Source of the DNA: Smithellaceae bacterium
Lineage (GTDB): Bacteria; Desulfobacterota; Syntrophia; Syntrophales; Smithellaceae
Assembly: GCA_963667845.2 (NCBI GenBank)
Contig: CAXXVL010000001.1
Span: 704,001 to 768,000, forward strand
Direction of reading: 5' to 3'
DNA: 64,000 bases
The translations under genes were made by a program, and so were the position numbers. Below are positions 57,183 to 64,000 of the stretch, in pieces. Every line of letters begins with the position of its first letter. Position 1 is the first letter of the stretch. The notes under the pieces are model-generated. The model saw only the letters and a list, made by a program, of their open reading frames with translations, was not told where the DNA came from and ran no database searches.

Positions 57183-58079
57183 ATGACTATCCATTTCGAC
57201 GAGCGCGTCGCGATCGTCACCGGCGCAGGAGCCGGGCTCGGCAGAAGTTATGCGCTGGAACTGGCCGCACGCGGCGCAAGGGTGGTGGTGAACGATCCCG
57301 GTGTTCTCTCCGATGGATCATCCCGCGCACTGAAGGTGGCCCAAGAGATCCGTGAACAGGGTGGCCGTGCCGTTGCCAATTGCGACAGTGTAGCGGACCG
57401 TGATTCCGCAGGAAAAATCGTCGCCGCCGCCATGGAAAACTTTGGACGGCTGGACATTCTTATCAACAATGCGGGGATTCTCAGGGACAAGAGCTTTTCC
57501 AAGATGCCCCTCGACGATTTCGAAGATGTGCTACGGGTCCATCTTCTCGGCGCCGTCTATCTCACGAAGGCGGCTTTTCCGATCATGCAACTGGCAAAAT
57601 ACGGCAGAATCCTGCTGACCACTTCCACGGCCGGCCTCTATGGTAATTTCGGGCAGACCAATTACGCCGCAGCTAAGCTGGGCCTGGTCGGATTGATGAA
57701 TGCTCTGAAACTCGAGGGGGCAAAATACGATATCACCGTGAACACCATCGCCCCCATCGCCGCAACGGGGATGGCGGGCGGAACTTTTCCGGCGGAGATT
57801 GCCGACAGGATCAAACCCGAACTGGTGGCGTCGATGGCCCTCTATCTCGTTTCCGACCAATGCCGGTCAACGGGGAGGATTCTGTCCGCCGGGGGCGGTT
57901 ATTATTCCAGCGTGCAAATGTTTGAGGGAGGCGGTGTGCGCTTCGCAACCGGTGCGGCCGTTACGGTGGAACAGATTGCCGAACGATTTCCCGAAATCAT
58001 CTCCATGAACGATGCGCGTTATTATGAAAATGCCACAGAAAACGTCCTTAACATCCTGTCCTCTCTTGTTGAGAAATGA
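57183..58079 (+). CDS. SDR, MFE-2-type 3-hydroxyacyl-CoA dehydrogenase-like
   Basis: TGAGAGLG, VVVNDPG, NNAGILRDKSF, GLYGNFGQTNYAAAK. Confidence 0.88.
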   Translation: MTIHFDERVAIVTGAGAGLGRSYALELAARGARVVVNDPGVLSDGSSRALKVAQEIREQGGRAVANCDSVADRDSAGKIVAAAMENFGRLDILINNAGILRDKSFSKMPLDDFEDVLRVHLLGAVYLTKAAFPIMQLAKYGRILLTTSTAGLYGNFGQTNYAAAKLGLVGLMNALKLEGAKYDITVNTIAPIAATGMAGGTFPAEIADRIKPELVASMALYLVSDQCRSTGRILSAGGGYYSSVQMFEGGGVRFATGAAVTVEQIAERFPEIISMNDARYYENATENVLNILSSLVEK

Positions 58080-58130
58080 CCGGATGCCGCGGCGAATGAT
58101 CATCAAACCATCAAAATATCAGGAGGATTT

Positions 58131-59426
58131 ATGAAAGATCGAATCTATATCATCGGTGCGGGTATGACCCCCATCGTCAAGCAGGACGGCGGTTCTTTTG
58201 AACAACAATGCGACGTCGCCATTTCCGAAGCTATGGAAGACGCGGGCCTGAGTTCCAAAGGCGATCAGGATGCCATCGGCGGCATCTGGTACGGCAATTG
58301 CGCCCAGGGAATGCTCACAAGCCAGCATTGCATCCGCGGACAGGTGATCCTGCGACGGCTCGGCTTCGAGAGTATGCCCGTTGTGAATGTGGAGAATGCC
58401 TGCGCGACAGCTTCTACGGCGTTGAACCAGGCGATCCATTACGTACTGGCGGGTGGGTCCGATCTGGCCCTTGCCGTCGGCATCGAAAAGGTGTTGCCCG
58501 ATCTCAATAACCTGGAGGATCTTCCGGAGATCGTGGCCGCTCTTCCCTACATGACGCTTTCCGCTTTCTGGATGGGGAGCGAGCAGGACAGGAAAAAGCT
58601 GTACATAGAGAAATGGCGGAAGGAAAAATCGGAGGTCCTCGGGATTCCCTATGAGGAGACGAATGTCGGGGGAGACCGGAGTCCCTTTATGGATTACTAC
58701 GCCGTGAAAGCCATGAAGGTCATGAAAAAATACGGCTACACCCAGGAGCAACTGGCCAGGGTCTGCGCAAAGACGCACCATCACAGCACAATGAATCCCA
58801 AAGCCCAGTACCGGAAGGAAATATCCTGGGAACAGGTCATGGCCGACAAACCCATTACCTACCCCCTGACCCGTCCTATGTGCGCGCCGACGGGAGAGGG
58901 CTGCGCAGCGGCCATTGTCTGTTCAGAAAAATACCTCAGGGAACACAAGGAAATAAAGGATCCGGTCCTGGTCCTCGCATCGGTTCTCGTCTCCGGGCGG
59001 ACGCGGGGAGACTATGATCAGGATATTTCGGGTAGAGGCGCCGAGATTGCTTTTCAGCAGGCGGGCCTTGCGCGGAAAGACATTGATGTCCTGGAGCTGC
59101 ATGATGCGACATCCTTCGGAGAAATCTATCAGACGGCCCAGGCCGGTTTCTGCACATCAGAAGAAGCCGGAGTTTACTGTTCTTCAGGAGCGACCGCTTT
59201 GGGAGGAGATTTACCGACAAATGTCAGCGGCGGTCTGATTTCGCGCGGCCATCCCGTCGGTTGCACCGGACTTGCCCAGGCGTACGAACTGGTCACCCAG
59301 CTGCGGGGGCGCGCGGGCGCGAGGCAGGTGAGAGGGGCGAAGATCGGTATGCAGATCAATGGAGGAGGCCTGATCGGCGTCGAAGAAGCGGCTCTGGGGG
59401 CTCATATTTACCGCAAAGTGGAATAA
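58131..59426 (+). CDS. SCP2-type thiolase family protein
   Basis: ENACATAS, ELHDAT, NVSGGLISRGHPVG. Confidence 0.9.
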   Translation: MKDRIYIIGAGMTPIVKQDGGSFEQQCDVAISEAMEDAGLSSKGDQDAIGGIWYGNCAQGMLTSQHCIRGQVILRRLGFESMPVVNVENACATASTALNQAIHYVLAGGSDLALAVGIEKVLPDLNNLEDLPEIVAALPYMTLSAFWMGSEQDRKKLYIEKWRKEKSEVLGIPYEETNVGGDRSPFMDYYAVKAMKVMKKYGYTQEQLARVCAKTHHHSTMNPKAQYRKEISWEQVMADKPITYPLTRPMCAPTGEGCAAAIVCSEKYLREHKEIKDPVLVLASVLVSGRTRGDYDQDISGRGAEIAFQQAGLARKDIDVLELHDATSFGEIYQTAQAGFCTSEEAGVYCSSGATALGGDLPTNVSGGLISRGHPVGCTGLAQAYELVTQLRGRAGARQVRGAKIGMQINGGGLIGVEEAALGAHIYRKVE

Positions 59427-59461
59427 ACAATTTTAAAAAGGTCTATCTAAGGAGAAAGACA

Positions 59462-60697
59462 ATGGGAGACACATTACCTTTACAGGGGATCAAGATCCTG
59501 GATTTCAGTACTTATGCCGCTGCCCCGATCTGCGCGATGACGCTCGCGGACTGGGGCGCGGATGTCATCAAAATCGAATCGCTCTCAGGTGACATGTTCC
59601 GGTTTTTCGGTTTTATCATGGCGTGTCCGGTTCAGGACGATGACAATATTCAGTTTGAAATGGATAATCGCAATAAGCGGGGAATCTCCCTGAATCTGAA
59701 AACCGACGAGGGAAAAGAAATTATCCATAGACTGCTGCAAACGGCGGATGTCCTGGTCACGAATTATCGTCCCAAGGCGCTTGCGAGTCTCGGGTTGGAT
59801 TACGAAACGGTATCGGGAAAAAACCCCCGACTTGTCTATGCTTACTTAAACGGATATGGCGATGCCGGCCCGGATAAAGAAAAGCCAGGATTTGATCTGT
59901 CCGCCTACTTTGCCCGCTCCGGAATCCTGGTTGAAATGCCGGAGCCGGGTAACCCTCCTCTGCCGGCTCTGGCAGGATTTGGGGACCATCCGACGGGCAC
60001 CATTCTGGCCGGAGGCGTCTGCGCCGCCCTCCTGCAGCGAGAGAAAACCGGAAGGGGATGCAAGGTGCAAACGTCTCTTTTCAATACCGCCCTGTGGAAC
60101 CTTCAGTTGAATATCGCTTCCGCCAACAACAACACGCACCTTTCCGAGGAGGAATATAACAAGCTCAGGACCAAGCGCAGACAACCCCGCTCCGGCCTGA
60201 TGAATACTTATCAGTCGAAAGAGGGCCGATGGATTACGGTTATGGCCCTGGAATACGACCGTTACTGGAAACCCTTCGCTGAACTGGTGCTGCTTCGCCC
60301 GGACCTCGCGGATGATCCGCGTTTCAATAATCAGGCGGCGGGATTTCAGCATGGGGAAGAGCTGGCGGCTGTCATTGACGAGACATTCGGCAACTTGACG
60401 GAGCATGAGATCATTACCCGGCTGAAAAAAGCCGATATTGCGCATGAAGTCAACCTCCGCTGGAAAGAGCTCAAGAACGATACCCAGGCCCTGGAAAACG
60501 GTTTTATTATCGAACACAAGATGCCGAGCGGACGCACAGATTGGATCATGGGCAATCCCGTGCGTTTCAATGGCGAGAAAACGTCGATCCGCAGACCTGC
60601 GCCACGTCTGGGCGAGCACAATGACGAGATCTTATCCGATCTGGGATACAGCGCTGAAAAGATTATCGCCTGGCGGGCCAATATGATCATCAAGTAG
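59462..60697 (+). CDS. Family III (CaiB/BaiF) CoA-transferase
   Basis: PLQGIKILDFS, GADVIKIE, NRNKR, catalytic-type FGDH, APRLGEH; ATG at 59462. Confidence 0.93.
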   Translation: MGDTLPLQGIKILDFSTYAAAPICAMTLADWGADVIKIESLSGDMFRFFGFIMACPVQDDDNIQFEMDNRNKRGISLNLKTDEGKEIIHRLLQTADVLVTNYRPKALASLGLDYETVSGKNPRLVYAYLNGYGDAGPDKEKPGFDLSAYFARSGILVEMPEPGNPPLPALAGFGDHPTGTILAGGVCAALLQREKTGRGCKVQTSLFNTALWNLQLNIASANNNTHLSEEEYNKLRTKRRQPRSGLMNTYQSKEGRWITVMALEYDRYWKPFAELVLLRPDLADDPRFNNQAAGFQHGEELAAVIDETFGNLTEHEIITRLKKADIAHEVNLRWKELKNDTQALENGFIIEHKMPSGRTDWIMGNPVRFNGEKTSIRRPAPRLGEHNDEILSDLGYSAEKIIAWRANMIIK

Positions 60698-60795
60698 ACA
60701 GAATTTCCTCCCGTGAGTTCTCTGCAATGAAGTCCGGACGGTTGCGGGAAGGAGTTCGGATCACGATAAACATGCCGATTTTAAAAGGAGGGATC

Positions 60796-61623
60796 ATGGA
60801 GAAAGCATCTGTCGTACTCATTTCCGGGTGTTCATCGGGAATCGGGCTGGCGATGGCCCGCGAGTTTGCGTCGCGCGGCTGCCGGGTGTTTGCCACGGCG
60901 CGAAAGCCGGAGGTGATTGAACCCTTAAAGAAAGAAAAGATGGAAACCGCCGCGCTCGATGTAACGGATCCGAATTCCATCGAGGCCTGCGTTCGCGAAG
61001 TCATCGGCAAAGCCGGAAGAATCGATGTGCTGGTTAATAACGCCGGTTATATGCAGATGGGGCCGGTTATCGATATATCCACCGATGACATGAGGCGTCA
61101 ATTCGACACCAACGTCTTCGGGGCAGCCGCTATAACCCGGGCCGTTGCCCCGCATATGATCAAGAAACGGTCCGGTTTGATCGTCAACATCGGCAGCGTG
61201 TCGGGCATATGCGCTACCCCTTTTGCCGGCGTGTATTGTGCGACGAAAGCAGCAATGCATCTGCTTTCGGATTCATTGCGCGTGGAACTGGCACCCTTCA
61301 ACATTTCGGTTGTTGTGGTTCAAGTCGGCGCCATCAAGTCCAATATTGGAGAAGCCGCCATAAAGAACATCATCGAAACAAAAAATTCTGTCTACGCTCC
61401 GCTGATGGAATATATCAAAGCGAGAGCAGTTGCCTCACAAAAAAACCCGACACCGGCCGAAAAATTTTCAAAAGTGCTGGTCGATAAACTATCCCGGGCA
61501 AAGATTCCCAAAATCATTCGTATCGGCAAGGAATCCAAACGTATGCCGTTCTATAAAAAACTACCGGTGGACCTGGTTGACGGGCTGATGAGCAAAGCAT
61601 TCGGACTGGATAAACTAAAATAA
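60796..61623 (+). CDS. SDR oxidoreductase
   Basis: SGCSSGIG, NNAG, YCATK; AGGAGG SD before ATG 60796. Confidence 0.9.
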   Translation: MEKASVVLISGCSSGIGLAMAREFASRGCRVFATARKPEVIEPLKKEKMETAALDVTDPNSIEACVREVIGKAGRIDVLVNNAGYMQMGPVIDISTDDMRRQFDTNVFGAAAITRAVAPHMIKKRSGLIVNIGSVSGICATPFAGVYCATKAAMHLLSDSLRVELAPFNISVVVVQVGAIKSNIGEAAIKNIIETKNSVYAPLMEYIKARAVASQKNPTPAEKFSKVLVDKLSRAKIPKIIRIGKESKRMPFYKKLPVDLVDGLMSKAFGLDKLK

Positions 61624-61716
61624 TGGGACGCAGGCAAGTTGTAAGGGAGAGAAAACGTCCAGCCGGAAACGTGCGATGAGAGAGAAAAATTACCATATAA
61701 AAAAAAGGAGAATACC

Positions 61717-62484
61717 TTGGAAATTAAGAATTGCTCAGTCCTAATAACTGGCGGAGCTTCCGGACTCGGGGCTGCGACAGCCAGACAAATCGTTAAGGCC
61801 GGAGGACATGTTGCCATTTTCGATGTGCAACAGGACAAAGGCGCCGCTCTGGCTGCCGAACTGGGAGATAAAGTAATTTTTTGTTTAACAGATGTTACCA
61901 GTGAAGAAAGTGTCAATAACAGTATTGCCAAAGCTAAAGATCAATTCGGCGCCATTCACGGCTGTGTCAATGCCGCCGGTTGCGGCTGGACGGAGCGAAC
62001 CGTATCAAAAAAAGGCGCTCATTCCTTCCCGGTCTTTGAACAAATCATCCGTCTTAACCTTCTGGGCACCTTCAATGTTGCGAGCAAGGCGGCGCAGGCT
62101 ATGAGCGAAAATGCGCCGAATGAAGCAGGCGAACGGGGTGTGATCGTTAATGTGGCAAGTGTCGCCGCCTTTGACGGTCAGATAGGACAGGTGGCCTACG
62201 CGGCTTCGAAAGGCGCGGTGGTCAGCATGGCCCTGCCGATGGCCCGAGACCTGGCTGTTATGGGGATTCGCGTCGTGACAGTCGCTCCGGGAATGTTCCA
62301 AACACCACTACTTGCGATGCTGCCACCGGATGCGCTGAACGCATTAAATGCCTCTGTCCCTTTTCCCCGGCGAATCGGCAAACCGGAAGAATTCGCCATG
62401 CTGGCGGAACACATCATTCAGAATCCCTATTTGAATGGCGAGGTCATCAGGCTGGACGGCGCCTTGAGAATGGCTCCGAAATAG
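61717..62484 (+). CDS. SDR, HSD17B10/FadB2x-type 3-hydroxyacyl-CoA dehydrogenase
   Basis: [47 protein letters not shown] start. Confidence 0.92.
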   Translation: MEIKNCSVLITGGASGLGAATARQIVKAGGHVAIFDVQQDKGAALAAELGDKVIFCLTDVTSEESVNNSIAKAKDQFGAIHGCVNAAGCGWTERTVSKKGAHSFPVFEQIIRLNLLGTFNVASKAAQAMSENAPNEAGERGVIVNVASVAAFDGQIGQVAYAASKGAVVSMALPMARDLAVMGIRVVTVAPGMFQTPLLAMLPPDALNALNASVPFPRRIGKPEEFAMLAEHIIQNPYLNGEVIRLDGALRMAPK

Positions 62485-62652
62485 TGATGAAAAAATTCCT
62501 CTGGGGAGGATTAAACCAGAAGGATTTTGCTGCGGTCAGTCACTAAGCAATCGGGAGCTACGTTCCGTTAAGCGAAGCCTGCGCATCTTTTTTTTGGCAA
62601 ACAAGTTGAATTCACAAGTGACAACAAAAACGGTTACACGAGGAGGATACGG

Positions 62653-63942
62653 ATGATTACAAAAAGCGGCGCAAAGAAATTTGACATAAGCAGGTTATCG
62701 GCCTGGTATATTGTCATCATATGTTCACTGCTTTACACAGTCAATTATATGGATCGCCAGGTGCTATCCATCACTACTGAATTTATAAAAAAAGATCTCG
62801 GTTTGTCCGATTCACAGATCGGCATCATCCAGACGCTTTTTTTTCTGAGCATGGCGTTTTTCGCTTTTCCTGCGGCTTATCTGGTGGACCGCTGGAGCAG
62901 AAAAAAGACCGTCTCCGTAATGGCCCTGGTCTGGAGCGGCTTTACTTTTATGACAGGGATGGGGAAAAGCTTTCTGGGTATTTTAATACCGCGCTTCCTG
63001 GTTGGCGTTGGAGAAGCAGGTTTTACTTCGGGGGGAACGCCGCTCATTGGAGCTTCCTTTCCCGATAAAGGCCGAAGTCTGGTGATGGGCATTTTTAACA
63101 TGGCGGTCCCGCTGGGATCGGCCCTTGGGCTTATTGTGGGCGGCGCAATCTCGGTGAAATACGGATGGAGGATGGCCTTCTATATCTTTGCTGTTCCCGG
63201 TATCATACTGGCCTTGCTGGCTCTCTATATGAAAGACTACAAGACCGTGAGGAACATTGACGAGTTCGGTCAAAAAATAAGCTTTTTCCGATCGGCTGTT
63301 TCTCTGTTTTCGATACCTACTTTAAAATGGCTGTACATTGGATTTGGTTTGCAAAATTTCATGTGTTTCGCATTTCTTGTCTGGGCTGCGCCGCTGGTCA
63401 TGCGGACAAACGGCGTGGATGCACAAAAGGCCGGAATGCTCGTCGGTATTATCGGACTCATGGCGATTTTCGGCGCCATATTCGGCGGCTTGGCGGCGGA
63501 TCTGTGGCAAAAGAAAAATCCAAGAGGGCGTATGCTCACGGCGGCAACATCGCTCTTGATCGCAACGGTGCTGTTTTTTTTCATGATCTATTATGACGTG
63601 CGCGGGCTGGGTTATGTCATCGGCATCCTCTACGGCATTTTTTCGATTTTCCCCGTACCGTCCATCAGCGCGGCGACTCAGGATATTACACCGCCCAGTT
63701 TAAAAGGCGTTTCGTGGGGTATGGCCGTCTTTTGCTGTTATGTTTTTGGCGGCGCCTGGTCGCCGATACTTGTAGGAGCCATATCTGACGGCCTCGGAAG
63801 CGGTGCTTTCGGAATTAAAATAGGATTACTGGTAACAACGCTGGGAGGACTCGCCGGCGCTTTTTTCTACTGGCTCAGCGCCCGACATTATTCGGCCGAC
63901 ATGGAAAAAGCCCAAAAACACATCCTCGAAGAAGCGGACTAG
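62653..63942 (+). CDS. MFS transporter (Spinster-like)
   Basis: NYMDRQ, LVDRWSRK, RFLVGVGEAG; about 12 TM segments. Confidence 0.92.
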   Translation: MITKSGAKKFDISRLSAWYIVIICSLLYTVNYMDRQVLSITTEFIKKDLGLSDSQIGIIQTLFFLSMAFFAFPAAYLVDRWSRKKTVSVMALVWSGFTFMTGMGKSFLGILIPRFLVGVGEAGFTSGGTPLIGASFPDKGRSLVMGIFNMAVPLGSALGLIVGGAISVKYGWRMAFYIFAVPGIILALLALYMKDYKTVRNIDEFGQKISFFRSAVSLFSIPTLKWLYIGFGLQNFMCFAFLVWAAPLVMRTNGVDAQKAGMLVGIIGLMAIFGAIFGGLAADLWQKKNPRGRMLTAATSLLIATVLFFFMIYYDVRGLGYVIGILYGIFSIFPVPSISAATQDITPPSLKGVSWGMAVFCCYVFGGAWSPILVGAISDGLGSGAFGIKIGLLVTTLGGLAGAFFYWLSARHYSADMEKAQKHILEEAD

Positions 63943-64000
63943 CGCAAGCTTGCACAGGACATCCTCCTGTCATAACCTTTCAGGTCACTCGTTTTGTCCG

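Noticed and set aside
59261..59461. Extended N-terminus of the CoA-transferase
   Set aside because: It overlaps the thiolase; the AGGAG SD supports ATG 59462.

Overview
A 64-kb, gene-dense chromosomal window from an anaerobic deltaproteobacterium. The porin type and fatty-acyl-CoA gene content suggest Syntrophales/Smithella-like, which is an inference. All product calls come from reading motifs in the translations; no database search was run. I see no rRNA, tRNA, CRISPR array, transposase or prophage. Most genes are housekeeping or metabolic: priA, dksA, rfaE2, comF, rsfS, a Dpp/Opp permease pair, tatD-queCED, a TPP-riboswitch-led thiN-thiD-thiC operon, a CCA enzyme, a minimal SufC/SufB-like (SMS) Fe-S pair, rubrerythrin, ABC-F, rfbD, truA, an acyl-CoA carboxyltransferase, mgtA, MATE, an alkyl sulfatase and a sigma54-driven acyl-CoA catabolic operon. 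The best candidate for an undescribed system is a three-gene module at 26148-31911. It has a tandem-PilZ protein with a large enzyme-like C-terminal region, a coupled hybrid histidine kinase with a cytoplasmic V4R/H-NOX-like sensor, and a convergently overlapping SAM methyltransferase; this may be a c-di-GMP-gated signal synthase/receptor circuit. Other points of interest are an exported divergent CHAT/TPR protein, a 61-aa Lys/Ala histone-H1-like protein, a DUF350-UPF0323-GspS operon, several palindromic intergenic elements and heptamer arrays, and a readable sigma54 promoter (UAS, IHF site, -24/-12).
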